From a virus, in IMG/VR virus record IMGVR_UViG_3300044678_003030, positions 1-64,000 of that record: 64,000 nucleotides of DNA; one strand, written 5' to 3'. The notes under the pieces are model-generated. The model saw nothing but the letters and a program-made list of their open reading frames with translations. It was not told the origin of the DNA and made no database searches. Each line of letters begins with the position of its first letter. Position 1 is the first letter of the stretch. The position numbers were made by a program, and so were the translations under genes. This document shows positions 26,523 through 36,477 of this stretch, piece by piece.

Positions 26523-27054
26523 GGCATGGGACGCTACCTCAAGGGCTATCCTTCTGTCGATGCTCGGCGTACGCGTCGAATGGGTGCCCCCCTCTGGTCT
26601 CTTCTCCCAGGTCCTCTACCGAGGGGACGACGTCCTCGCTTACCTCTCTTCCGACGCGAACGTTTACGACGACGCAGGCGGGGAGGACGCGAGCGTCTAT
26701 CGGGTCAAGGGGTTCGACCAGGAGGGGTCGCTCCTTCACGACACGGGGCCGTTCCAGATGCCAGTCAATCGGGCGGCGATGTTGCGTGCGCGCACTCGTC
26801 TCGACCACGACACCGGCGCTGTGGACGCGCTCCGCTACGTCGAAGCAGGAGGCCAAGGGATCGCAGCTCTTGAAATCCGCGTGTATACGGAGGTGGACTG
26901 GCTGCAAGGTCGACGAGAATCCCCCATCGCGCTGAGTCAGACAGGATCTGACGGGAGGTGGCTATGGCCTGTGTTCGTTGAGCCTGGGTTTACGTACGTG
27001 CTACACGTACAGAAGAACGGTCGGGGGCCCGTCACCAACAGCGTGACGCTCTAA
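26521..27054 (+). CDS. putative virion protein (beta-sandwich domains)
   Basis: Beta-rich, with a TGSDGRW...VEPGFTYVL motif; start codon uncertain. Confidence 0.55.
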   Translation: MAWDATSRAILLSMLGVRVEWVPPSGLFSQVLYRGDDVLAYLSSDANVYDDAGGEDASVYRVKGFDQEGSLLHDTGPFQMPVNRAAMLRARTRLDHDTGAVDALRYVEAGGQGIAALEIRVYTEVDWLQGRRESPIALSQTGSDGRWLWPVFVEPGFTYVLHVQKNGRGPVTNSVTL

Positions 27055-27089
27055 GACCCAGAATCCTCTTCCTTCCTTACGCTTAGGCC

Positions 27090-27842
27090 ATGCTCAAGCA
27101 TGACCTCGCTGCAATCAACGTCCTTCAGCAGAAGCTGTCCGGCACTGGCGTCTTCAACGGCGCCGAGGTCGGGCGCGCTGCGCGTACTTTCGGGTCTGGC
27201 GGGTCTGCGGTTGTGTTCAAGGCGCGCGGCCTCGGGGCGGACGGCAACGCCATCAAGGTCGCGCTGATCGACCCGGTGCGCACGAACCCCTCCACGCGCG
27301 TTCGTCTGGAGGGCGACACCCACAAGGTCTACCTGCGGCATGACGGCTCGGCAGTGGCTGCCACCGCCGATGAGGTGGCCCTGGTCGTCAACAACCTCGA
27401 CTTGCCGTTCTACGTAGCGAACGGGGGCAGTGGAACCGTGGCGGCGGCTTCGGTCCAGAACCTCACGGGTGGTCTTGACCCTGTCGTTCGGCATTCCTCT
27501 CAGTTCCGGCTCAACGCCGCGACGAATGCACACGGCGGGCTCTTCTACTTCGACCAGGAGGAGCCGGTCAGGATCATCGCGGTGGCCGGTCGTTTCACGC
27601 TCGGTGGTGACACGGCCGTGAAGGTCGAGTCTGTCCCCCTCACGGCAGGTCTCGCTGCGATCGAGGAGGAGGCGACGACGCTTCACTCTGTGACGATCGC
27701 GCAGGCGGTCGCGAACTTCCGCTACGACGAGGAGTTCGTGATTCACCGTGACGAGGCGCTGCGCGTCACGATCAGCGCGCCCGGTGTCGTTCGTGTGTTC
27801 TTCCACCGCGTGCCGCGCGACACAACCATCGGCGTATTCTGA
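27090..27842 (+). CDS. virion structural protein with a sheath-like beta domain (paralog of 28510..29274)
   Basis: FKARGLGADGNAIKVAL...ATADEVALVVN...LTGGLD...GGLFYF. Confidence 0.65.
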   Translation: MLKHDLAAINVLQQKLSGTGVFNGAEVGRAARTFGSGGSAVVFKARGLGADGNAIKVALIDPVRTNPSTRVRLEGDTHKVYLRHDGSAVAATADEVALVVNNLDLPFYVANGGSGTVAAASVQNLTGGLDPVVRHSSQFRLNAATNAHGGLFYFDQEEPVRIIAVAGRFTLGGDTAVKVESVPLTAGLAAIEEEATTLHSVTIAQAVANFRYDEEFVIHRDEALRVTISAPGVVRVFFHRVPRDTTIGVF

Positions 27843-27873
27843 CGCTTCACTGGGTGAAACTAGGATTCGTCAC

Positions 27874-28314
27874 ATGCAGATCACCTGGGAGAGCATCGCG
27901 CTCGTTGTGGGCGTGTTCGGTGGCCCGACCCTTTTTCTTGCTACCTTCGGGAAGGGCTTCTTTGTCGAGTACGTAGCGCCACGTGTCAAAATCGAGATTC
28001 AAAACTTTCTCAAGAGCACAGACTTTCTTGACGCTGAGAAGATCGCGGTCAAGAGGTGCATCGAGGAAGAGACACGACGCTCAGACGGCGTAATTGGTGC
28101 TGAGATCGAGAAGCGGATCACGCAGGTGTCTACGGATCACAACAATCGACTGGAGCGAGCGCTCGTCGACATCAACCGCAGCATCTCGGACAACGTCCGT
28201 GCGATTGAAGGCATCTCGAACAAGCAAGACTCGTGGGGTCACGAGATCGACAAGGTGAGCGGCGGGATTGACGTGCTGCTGAAGCTCAACGGCGTGAAGG
28301 CAGATCAAGACTGA
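27874..28314 (+). CDS. N-terminal TM plus coiled-coil protein (holin/spanin-like candidate)
   Basis: One TM followed by heptad repeats. Confidence 0.5.
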   Translation: MQITWESIALVVGVFGGPTLFLATFGKGFFVEYVAPRVKIEIQNFLKSTDFLDAEKIAVKRCIEEETRRSDGVIGAEIEKRITQVSTDHNNRLERALVDINRSISDNVRAIEGISNKQDSWGHEIDKVSGGIDVLLKLNGVKADQD

Positions 28315-28489
28315 TCACGTCTCGCGCGACTCCCGCGTCCCACATACGGATCGCAGGGTGGACCTCGCTGTGAGTGTTCACCTCGGGGACTACGCGTGCG
28401 CACGTGTGCCCGAACAGTTGTGCCAGGATCAGACTGAGCACAAAACCGAGTAGAGCCTGCGTTGCAGGCCCGCCAGGAGGCCGGGGCAT
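28286..28489 (-). CDS. small membrane protein
   Basis: Hydrophobic helix; TAGTGT box upstream. Confidence 0.4.
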   Translation of the reverse strand: MPRPPGGPATQALLGFVLSLILAQLFGHTCARVVPEVNTHSEVHPAIRMWDAGVARDVISLDLPSRR

Positions 28490-28509
28490 GGTCATACACT
28501 AACGGTAGG

Positions 28510-29274
28510 ATGTACCCCGTCGCCCTTGGTGTTCCTTTCGTGGTTCAGGAGAAGACGCTCGACGCCAATTTCACGGGCGCTGTCGAGTACGCCAGGGCCA
28601 AGTGCACCATCGGCCCAGGAGGCTCACAGATTCGCGCGAGCGCCAAGATTCTCGGGGCCGGCCCCAACGGTTACCGGCTCTCGCTGATCAACACAGGTGT
28701 CACGACCGCAACGACTACGGTGACGCAGGTCGGCGCGGACTTCGAGGTGCGCCTTCGGCGTAGCTCGACGGTCGTGCTGGCAACGCCTCAAGAGGTGGCT
28801 GGCGTAATCAATGCCGCCAACCTGCCGATTCGTTGTGCGTGGAGCGGCACATCGCCGATGACGCAGGCGCTCCTCCAAGCGTTCACAGGTGGAGCCGACC
28901 CGACGCGGCGGGACCCGACGGGGACGCGCTTCGAGTGGGACCGAGCGACGACGCAGCTCGGGGGCTTCTTTTATTTTGGCAACCTTGACCACTCCGTGAT
29001 CATCTCCGGGATCGAGCTCGCCTTCACCGGTCTCAGCGTTTCACCGATTCCGTTTTCAGTTGAGCGGGTGAACCTGGACGACGGCCTCGAACCTGTCTCC
29101 GCGAGCGCCATGCCGATTCTCGTTGGCGAGGTGAGCTCTGCGCTCCCTACGTTCGCGGTCAACGGGATCGATGGGATCATCCTGCCTCCGTATCAGGCGC
29201 TCCTCGTGAAGTGTGCTGCGCTGGGGCGATGCTACATCACTGCGCAGCGCCTCATGCGCCACCCCTACGCCTGA
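28510..29274 (+). CDS. virion structural protein (paralog of 27090..27842)
   Basis: ASAKILGAGPNGYRLSL...ATPQEVAGVINAA...FTGGAD...GGFFYF. Confidence 0.65.
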   Translation: MYPVALGVPFVVQEKTLDANFTGAVEYARAKCTIGPGGSQIRASAKILGAGPNGYRLSLINTGVTTATTTVTQVGADFEVRLRRSSTVVLATPQEVAGVINAANLPIRCAWSGTSPMTQALLQAFTGGADPTRRDPTGTRFEWDRATTQLGGFFYFGNLDHSVIISGIELAFTGLSVSPIPFSVERVNLDDGLEPVSASAMPILVGEVSSALPTFAVNGIDGIILPPYQALLVKCAALGRCYITAQRLMRHPYA

Positions 29275-29296
29275 TCTTTCACGGAGTGAAACGCCG

Positions 29297-29785
29297 ATGC
29301 CCGTCACAGTCCCTACGACCAAGACGCGTCTGCCGCTGCGAGAGCAAGTCCGCATGTTCCTCCGTGACGTGCCGGGGCGCATCCCAGGTTCGGCGAGCGA
29401 GAACATCCTGCTCGACGACGTCGAGTTCTCGGACCCTGAGCTCGACTTCGCCAAGGAGCTAGCGGTCTCGCGGTTCAACTCGGCCAACCCACCGATTCGG
29501 CCGCACACCGCTGAGTCGATCCCCCTCGACATCCTGCTGCTCGGGATCTCTGGCTTCCTGATGAACGCCGAGAGCTTTCGCCAGCTCCGCAATCAGGTGT
29601 CGGCGTCTGACGGCGAGGTCCCGCTCGGGATCGACGACAAGCACGCAGCCTACGTTCAGCTCAGGAAGTTCCTGCTGGATGAGTTCGACACGCGCCTGAC
29701 CGCGTACAAGGTGCAGAAGAACATGGCAGCGTGCTGGGGCGGCGTGAACTCAGGCTACTCGTACCGTCTCTACCGAAGGGAGTGA
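29297..29785 (+). CDS. head-tail adaptor/connector-like protein
   Basis: VRMFLRD...EFSDPEL...helical fold typical of neck adaptors. Confidence 0.6.
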   Translation: MPVTVPTTKTRLPLREQVRMFLRDVPGRIPGSASENILLDDVEFSDPELDFAKELAVSRFNSANPPIRPHTAESIPLDILLLGISGFLMNAESFRQLRNQVSASDGEVPLGIDDKHAAYVQLRKFLLDEFDTRLTAYKVQKNMAACWGGVNSGYSYRLYRRE

Positions 29786-29788
29786 CAA

Positions 29789-30811
29789 GTGGGCGTGCTA
29801 GATAACTCATTCACGCGGAAGATGCTTACGAACGACGTGAGTCGCGCGTTGTCGGAGCGTTTTCCTGAGGTCAAACTCACGCTCCAAGGTGACACTGACG
29901 CGTCTTACATGCCGAAGTTCTTCCTGAACGAAGCGCCTGAGGTTACGATCGGGTCAAAGCACTTGGACTCGCCGCATGTTTTTGCGCACGAGTACGGGCA
30001 CCACCAGTTCGATCAAACACCTATCGGTAGCGCTGTTCAACACCCTGTTTTTCGAGGGATTTCTAACTACGCGAACATCCCGTTGAGCGCTTTGGCGGGA
30101 GTTGCCGCTGCTCGTTCTGACAAGAAGTGGGCTCCTTACGTAGGGGCTCTTGCTCCGGTGTTGACTTCGTTGCCAGTTCTCGGCTCTGAGTACATGGCGA
30201 CGCGGAACGCTATGGGGCTTATGCGCGACGCTGGGGCTTCCACGCAGCAGATCGCTGACAGTAAGAGAGAGCTCGCTGGTGCGTATGGGAGTTACGCGAC
30301 ACAAGCCCTGCTGGCAGCAGCCGCGTACGCCGCGCCGTTTTTGGCGAAGAAGTACTGGCGTACAGCTCCTCCTCCCCCCAGGTGGGGAGACGAGGAGTAC
30401 ATCAGAGGAGGGGAGGAAAATACCAAGGCGGCATCGCTCTTGGATATGGCGCCGAACTGGGATAGCCCTGTGCGCGCGCGTGTGATTCAGGGAGGGGTAA
30501 CTGGCGGCGCGGCGGGGCTTCTCGCGGGCATTCCCGTAGGTCTTTTGGCTCCAAGGCTGTATGGTGGTAGCGACGACCGGCTTAGGGGTGTGTTGTCGGC
30601 AGCAGGCAGCATGGGGCTATTGGGTATGGGTTCCGGTGCGATAGCAGGCAGCGTTCTTGGTGGTTACGAAGAAGGGCTTCAATACGGGAGTCATCCCGAT
30701 AAGTACGACTATGACCCGATTGTTCAATACACCTATCCCCCGGACCCGCTCGGGGCGGTAGCCAATAGGCTCGGCGTTCGCGATGGTGAGCGTTTTCGGG
30801 GTGCTCGGTGA
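29789..30811 (+). CDS. Zn peptidase + K-x-A linker + glycine-zipper two-module protein
   Basis: FAHEYGH...SEYMAT; TKAAS linker; GGVTGGAAGLLAG zipper; lower GC3. Confidence 0.75.
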   Translation: MGVLDNSFTRKMLTNDVSRALSERFPEVKLTLQGDTDASYMPKFFLNEAPEVTIGSKHLDSPHVFAHEYGHHQFDQTPIGSAVQHPVFRGISNYANIPLSALAGVAAARSDKKWAPYVGALAPVLTSLPVLGSEYMATRNAMGLMRDAGASTQQIADSKRELAGAYGSYATQALLAAAAYAAPFLAKKYWRTAPPPPRWGDEEYIRGGEENTKAASLLDMAPNWDSPVRARVIQGGVTGGAAGLLAGIPVGLLAPRLYGGSDDRLRGVLSAAGSMGLLGMGSGAIAGSVLGGYEEGLQYGSHPDKYDYDPIVQYTYPPDPLGAVANRLGVRDGERFRGAR

Positions 30812-33800
30812 GCCACTCCCACCGCTGGTCGTCTTTCTACGTCCCCGGCGACGCCTATCGGTACTGCGCGTGCGGCGCGATCGAGACGGTCTCGCCGGAT
30901 GGCGAGCACGGGCCTGTGCCGGCCAAGGAGGAGGGATTCGTCCGTCGCCACATCGAGCGCCTGGAGAAGAGCGCGGAGGCGCTCAAGAAGACGCTTGGGC
31001 CCTTCACCTTCGAGATCGATCGGCCCGAAGGAACTACGAAGGCGTGGCCCGGTGGCAAGTCCTTTACGTACCCCGTCGACTACGGATTCTTTCCGAAGCT
31101 CGAAGGGGAGGACGGGGAGGGACTGGATGCGTTCGTGGGAGATGACCCGCACGGTCACCTGGAGTCCTTCCAGAAGCTCAAGCCGAACAAGGACGGCAAG
31201 CTCGTCGCCGACGAGACGAAGTACCTGCTCGGCGTGAACGACCGTCAACGCGAGACCATCTACAAGCTCTACGGGCGAGAGATCAACGCGCGTCGCGTGT
31301 ACGACACATGGGAGGCGGTGGAGCGGTCGTTGGCGCGGTTCGAGAAGGAGGCGTCTGAGCCGGAGGAAACTCCGGTTTGGGAGAAGGACGTTCGCGACGC
31401 CGCCGGGGTTGCGCTCGCAGGGCTTGGCGCACGAAGTCTTGCGCATGGGGCTGCGGAGGACCTGCTAGGCGCGCAGAGGTTCTACCACGGTACTGGTGAT
31501 GCAGCGGCAGCGGCGATTCGCCGTGATGGCCTTTTGGCTTCAATGGGAGGTAACCCCAACGGCAGTGCGTCTCTTTCGGGAGTCCAGTCTTACGTAAAGA
31601 ATTCAAAGGGTCATGTACACGTCGGCACGGGCTTTTTAGGTGCGCAGGCGGCTCGCGGCTACGCCTCGCTCGTGGATGCCAAGGAGCGTAATCCGCTTCT
31701 TTCCAACGAAGGCGCAATGTACGCGTACCTGCGTGGGATGGGCCCTGGGCACAAAGGCACTGTTCTTCAGGGCGCTGTCCCGTACGAGTGGCTCTCCAGC
31801 AACTTTTCACCGGACCCTGATAGCGGCGGTAGCAGCGCTGCCCTCAAGGGGCAGGTGGACATCGGAGCCTCCCACATTTCAGACGGCGCCGTAGGTCTTC
31901 GAGACCTCTACAAGAATCGAGCTCCTGACCTCCTTGGGTACGTGAAGCGCAACCCACGTCGTGTTGCGCATGGCGCCTTGATGGCCGGAGGGTCTTTGGC
32001 CGCTGTGTACGCTGCATATCGACTGGCCAAGATGATCCAGGACCGACACAGTAGCCCAGAGCAGGAGCCTGTTGTGGAAGCAAAGCTCGGAGCTGCCGAT
32101 GCCCCCTCGAATCTTCTCGGACTCGTGGGCACGCCTCAGTACTACCTGACGCGCGCCGCTGACTTCCGTCGCCGACACCCTGATCTCCGCGCTCCTGACT
32201 ACTACAACGAGTACGGCGATCGCTACGCCCACCGCTTCGAGAGCCAGACTCGTCCTCGGCTCTCTCCGGCCGGGCAGGCGTGGTTCGACAAGACCAAGCA
32301 CGGCCTTCAGTATGCGATCGAGCAGAAGCGCCTCGAAGACCCTGAAGGGTTCGACGCCCTTGAGCGTGACCCCAAGGCGTTCCACCGCTTCGCGTACGAC
32401 ACGCACGGCCCGGTGTACCTGAACTCAGGGATTCGCAAGCTGCCGCTGCGCGACCTCATGCGCGTGGCGCGCACGCCAGACCTCAAGGATGTCATCAACC
32501 GAGATGGTCTACGTCTTGTGGGGCAGGTCTTGAATCCGTTCAACAAGGCGGCCTCGGTCAAGGAGGCGCGAGTCCCTACTCATGTGAAGCAGTACCGCCG
32601 CGCGCTTCAGATGTTGGCAGAAGGGCAACACGACTTCCACGGCACCGCGAATCTTCCTGGTGTTGTACGGACCGGTCGTGTTGTTGGCGGGAAGAATGAC
32701 GCGTACCATACAGGCGGCAAAGCGTACTTTTCGCGCGGTTTTCCACTGGCTGAGTACTTTGACTACGAGACCTCGAAGTACAACGATGGAGGGTTCGCCT
32801 TCCCTCGTGTACAGATGGACAAGAACAAAGCGGAGATCATTCCGGGGACACCTGCAACCTTGCCGGTTCCCTACGTAGCTGCTTGGCACGCCCCCCTTCA
32901 ACAGGGCGCTACCGTCTTTGTGACGTCTCCCGCTGCGAAAGTGCGCGAGGCAGCAAGCGCCGCGCAACGTAAGTTCAATCTGCGCCGCGTTGACCCCGAG
33001 GCTTACGCCCTCGCCGTTGAGACCCTGAAGGGCAACGTGTCTCCTGGTGCTTCCCAGCACATACTCAAGAACCTCGAAGGTCCGTATACCCCGGTTATGC
33101 CAGCGCCTTCAATTTCCGCCTCCTCTGTTGCAACCCCTCCCGCTGCGCCCTCTGTCTATTCCATCCTCAATCGCCGCAACGCCGCGATCGCAGGCGGTAC
33201 CCTCGCCACGGCTGCCGCGCTGTACGGAGGCCACCGTTGGCTTCGTTCACGGCGTGAAAAGGAACAAGAAAAGGTCGCTGACGCAGTGGAACAAGACCCG
33301 TCCGAACAGCCGCCGAAGAAGTCCTGGCTACGTCGCAACGCGGCCCCGATTGCAGGGCTGACGACGGCAGCGGTAGTTGCACCGCTTCTCTATCGCTACC
33401 TGCGTAAGCAGCGACTGAGCAATGACCCCGCACTCCGCTCGATTCAAGAGGCATCGGGCGGCAGGTTCGGCCGCATCCTTGAAGGGCGGCAAGAGGCGAT
33501 GTCTGCGCCACGTCGTTGGCTCGACCGATTGATCTACTCAGGTGGCGGCGATGTCCACTACCAGGACAACCTCATCGAGGCGGCGCGCAAGAGTGGCAAG
33601 GTGCCGCAGGTTGAGGGGGTGCTCCTTCACAACGCGCCAGGGAAGCAGCTTGCACAGGGGGCCTCAAACCTTATCGCGAATCGTGATTCCGATGCGGTGT
33701 CGAGCATCTTTGACAACGGTAACAAGTGGCAGGAGTACAACATCTTCGAGCACTTTGCGCCGGGGTCCATGGGAAAGACCGAGAACGTTGCAGACGTTCT

Positions 33801-34818
33801 CGCTGACATGGGGCACAACCTCGGAGCTCGCAACCCGCGAGAGCGCGGACAGCAGGTCGAAGCCTTCCGTAAGGCCATGTCCAACAACGGCGCGCGTAGG
33901 CGAGACATGCTCGCGGAGCTTCAGAGTAACCTCCGTCAAAGGTTTGGGGACGGCTTCCTTCTCAAGGACGTCGACGCTGCTGCTACGGGGGGGAAGTTCC
34001 CCTCGGATCTGCACAACTTCACAGATCTTGTGAACGAGGATTCGCCTGCGGCGAAGACTCTGATCAACGCGATCAAGGATCCGCGAAGTGTGATCGCGCA
34101 GTCGAAGCTGCCGCTCGCTCAAGGATCGTGGCTCGACCGGCAGTTTGCCAAGCTCCGTGGCCTGCCATCTACGCAGGAAGTTCGTGTCCATGTGATGAAC
34201 GGTGCGGTCGCCCCGGACCTCACAGTGCCGCGCTTCTCTCCGACGATGTGGCTCACCGGACGAAAGACGATGCGCGGCGCGGACCAGTACGCGCGTGATC
34301 TGCTTACGAAGTTGCCCGAGGAGCTTCAGCGCGGGACGTATGCGATGGACGTCGCACCGCTCGTGGGTGGCGGGTACAAACTCATTGAGTCTAATCCTGG
34401 TTACCGTAGTGGTTTCTTGAGCCCCGGTAACCATCCGGTAATCGGACCTCTTCTGCACAAGCAGTTCACTGGCCAGCACAGCCAAATGGTTTCTGGCCTT
34501 GGTGCCGGCGCGGGCGCTGTTGGCGGAGGGCTTACGGCAGCGGCTGGTGCGCGGTACCTCGCCAACCGGCAGCAGCCGGAGCAAGAGTCTGAGCTTCACG
34601 GCGTGAAACAAGCCAGCGCCTTCGACGCCCTCAACTGGGTCCCCGCTCCTTTCCAGGGGCGCGTGCAGTCCCCGCAAGAAATCGTCTACGCCGCGCGCTC
34701 TACCCCTGCTCTCGCGGCGACACAGGAGAACCTTCGGCTGCTTCAGGTCGCCCAGGACCCCTACGGCACCGGGTCTCCGACGCAGGGCGTCTCTCACCAT
34801 CGACGTCATCACGGCTAG
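30808..34818 (+). CDS. 1336-aa polyvalent protein: pyrophosphatase-like, two ADP-ribosyltransferase-like, one unknown helical and one ATP-grasp module
   Basis: YPVDYGF...DGEGLDAFV; FYHGT...IRRDGL; FHGT...AYFS; FLLKD...EVRVHV...AMDV...IESNPG; modules separated by K-x-A(-like) sites. Confidence 0.8.
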   Translation: MSHSHRWSSFYVPGDAYRYCACGAIETVSPDGEHGPVPAKEEGFVRRHIERLEKSAEALKKTLGPFTFEIDRPEGTTKAWPGGKSFTYPVDYGFFPKLEGEDGEGLDAFVGDDPHGHLESFQKLKPNKDGKLVADETKYLLGVNDRQRETIYKLYGREINARRVYDTWEAVERSLARFEKEASEPEETPVWEKDVRDAAGVALAGLGARSLAHGAAEDLLGAQRFYHGTGDAAAAAIRRDGLLASMGGNPNGSASLSGVQSYVKNSKGHVHVGTGFLGAQAARGYASLVDAKERNPLLSNEGAMYAYLRGMGPGHKGTVLQGAVPYEWLSSNFSPDPDSGGSSAALKGQVDIGASHISDGAVGLRDLYKNRAPDLLGYVKRNPRRVAHGALMAGGSLAAVYAAYRLAKMIQDRHSSPEQEPVVEAKLGAADAPSNLLGLVGTPQYYLTRAADFRRRHPDLRAPDYYNEYGDRYAHRFESQTRPRLSPAGQAWFDKTKHGLQYAIEQKRLEDPEGFDALERDPKAFHRFAYDTHGPVYLNSGIRKLPLRDLMRVARTPDLKDVINRDGLRLVGQVLNPFNKAASVKEARVPTHVKQYRRALQMLAEGQHDFHGTANLPGVVRTGRVVGGKNDAYHTGGKAYFSRGFPLAEYFDYETSKYNDGGFAFPRVQMDKNKAEIIPGTPATLPVPYVAAWHAPLQQGATVFVTSPAAKVREAASAAQRKFNLRRVDPEAYALAVETLKGNVSPGASQHILKNLEGPYTPVMPAPSISASSVATPPAAPSVYSILNRRNAAIAGGTLATAAALYGGHRWLRSRREKEQEKVADAVEQDPSEQPPKKSWLRRNAAPIAGLTTAAVVAPLLYRYLRKQRLSNDPALRSIQEASGGRFGRILEGRQEAMSAPRRWLDRLIYSGGGDVHYQDNLIEAARKSGKVPQVEGVLLHNAPGKQLAQGASNLIANRDSDAVSSIFDNGNKWQEYNIFEHFAPGSMGKTENVADVLADMGHNLGARNPRERGQQVEAFRKAMSNNGARRRDMLAELQSNLRQRFGDGFLLKDVDAAATGGKFPSDLHNFTDLVNEDSPAAKTLINAIKDPRSVIAQSKLPLAQGSWLDRQFAKLRGLPSTQEVRVHVMNGAVAPDLTVPRFSPTMWLTGRKTMRGADQYARDLLTKLPEELQRGTYAMDVAPLVGGGYKLIESNPGYRSGFLSPGNHPVIGPLLHKQFTGQHSQMVSGLGAGAGAVGGGLTAAAGARYLANRQQPEQESELHGVKQASAFDALNWVPAPFQGRVQSPQEIVYAARSTPALAATQENLRLLQVAQDPYGTGSPTQGVSHHRRHHG

Positions 34819-34836
34819 CGTGATAGGGTCTGAGAC

Positions 34837-35160
34837 ATGCTCTCGTTCGACCCTGTGGGCCACTGCCCTGCGTGCCAAAAGATGAGGAAGAAGCCGCGAA
34901 ATCAGCTAGGTGACTTCGCGCCGATCGATACGTGCGTGTGCCGCAAGGGTCAGGGCACGTTCGGCGCCTACGTCGACCGTCTCTACGCCCATGTCGACCT
35001 CGGCAAGGACGACACACGCGAGGTCTTGATGGTCCTCTGCACGCTGCTCGGGCGTGCGCAGGGCGCCGTGCTCGTCGGGGACCGCAAGGCATTGCGCGAG
35101 GCGCTCGCGCAGCTCTCGGCGATCGTCTGGCGGCTCGGGGAATCGCTGGAGTCAACGTGA
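34837..35160 (+). CDS. hypothetical Cys-containing protein
   Basis: CPAC...CVC; TAGGGT box 7 nt upstream. Confidence 0.55.
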   Translation: MLSFDPVGHCPACQKMRKKPRNQLGDFAPIDTCVCRKGQGTFGAYVDRLYAHVDLGKDDTREVLMVLCTLLGRAQGAVLVGDRKALREALAQLSAIVWRLGESLEST

Positions 35161-35699
35161 ACAAAGAAGGTTGGGTCGAAGTCATCACAGGGCCGATGTT
35201 CTCGGGTAAGACCGAGGCTTTTGTTCACCGGGTGAACAGGGCGACGCGGCAGCGGCAGCTTGTTCGTGTCTTTCGCCCTACGGCCGATTCTCGCACGAAG
35301 GAGATTATTTCCCACTCGGGTCACAAGCTCCACCCCTCTTCGTACCTCAAAGAGGCGTACATCGCCGACCTCCTGGATGCCAAGTACGGGACGTCGATGG
35401 TGGCCATCGACGAGGCACAGTTCTTCCCTCCGAGCATTGTGCCTTGGGTCAAGGGGGCGTCCGAGCGCGGGTTGCGCGTGATTATCGCCGGGCTTGATCG
35501 TGATTATCGTGGCGAGGCTTTCGGGTCGATGAAGGACCTCATCTTCCTCGCTGATCATGTCGATAAGCTACCGGCCGTCTGTGCTGTTTGCTGCCGTGAT
35601 GCCACGCGCACGCAGCGCAAAGATCCGAGCGGGCCTGTCACCCTCGTCGGCGCGGAAGACCTCTACGAGCCTCGCTGCAAGCTCTGCCACCGATTCTAA
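35157..35699 (+). CDS. tdk: thymidine kinase
   Basis: GPMFSGKT, IDEAQF, AGLDRDYRGEAF, YEPRCKLC. Confidence 0.95.
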   Translation: MNKEGWVEVITGPMFSGKTEAFVHRVNRATRQRQLVRVFRPTADSRTKEIISHSGHKLHPSSYLKEAYIADLLDAKYGTSMVAIDEAQFFPPSIVPWVKGASERGLRVIIAGLDRDYRGEAFGSMKDLIFLADHVDKLPAVCAVCCRDATRTQRKDPSGPVTLVGAEDLYEPRCKLCHRF

Positions 35700-35724
35700 A
35701 ATCGGCCCTGCGTGCAGGTATAAG
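35696..35724 (+). promoter_or_regulatory. phage promoter GGTATAAG
   Basis: CTAAAATCGGCCCTGCGTGCAGGTATAAG. Confidence 0.6.
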
Positions 35725-35792
35725 ACTGTGTCCAGAACCCTCTGGCTTGCGTCAATTCGGCGCGGCACACGAGGACGGACGGAGTTCACATC

Positions 35793-36464
35793 ATGACGCA
35801 GAGCAACAACATCAAGCGGGTCGAACTCTCCAACGCCACCGGGGCCGACGAGGTCGATGTCGTCAACCGCAAGCTCATCGACGAGACCTTTCGGGGTCGA
35901 GTCGCCCGGCACCTCCTCGCGGCCGGCGCCGCCTCCTCGCTCGTCGCCGACCTCGCCGAGCTCTACGGTCTGGGGGTGCTCGACACCGGGTCGCCCACTC
36001 GGGCGGCGAGCCGTTTCCTCCCGGTGACGGACGCCGCCGTCGCGATCGTCGACGCTGGTGGAGGCGGTGGGTTCGTCGACGCCGCGATCACCGAATACCT
36101 CGGGGGTCACGACCCCCGGAACGTCGTGATCCTGGTCCGCCGGATGGGCGAGTGCGGCGTCACCGGGCCCGCCAGGGCGCTCGTCGCGGAGCACATGCTC
36201 GCGCTCATCGGCGCGACCGACCGCTCGTTGCCCGCGCTCCGGCCCGTCTGGGCGGAGCTCGATCGCCTCGGTTCGGCGATCGCGATGGCGCGGCGCGGCC
36301 TCGGGACCAACAAGGTCTCGTCGGCGCTCCCTGAGCTCGTGAACGCGTGGCTCAGCGGGCGGCAGATGCACCTCGACGAGGCCGTCAACCGCGTGACCGC
36401 CACGCGAGGCAAGACCGTCGCACGGGCGTTCGCGCAAGCGGAGCTGCGCGCCCGCGCCGACTGA
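35793..36464 (+). CDS. hypothetical helical protein (cassette)
   Basis: RBS GGAG; very high GC3. Confidence 0.65.
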   Translation: MTQSNNIKRVELSNATGADEVDVVNRKLIDETFRGRVARHLLAAGAASSLVADLAELYGLGVLDTGSPTRAASRFLPVTDAAVAIVDAGGGGGFVDAAITEYLGGHDPRNVVILVRRMGECGVTGPARALVAEHMLALIGATDRSLPALRPVWAELDRLGSAIAMARRGLGTNKVSSALPELVNAWLSGRQMHLDEAVNRVTATRGKTVARAFAQAELRARAD

Positions 36465-36477
36465 GCTGCGCGCCCGC

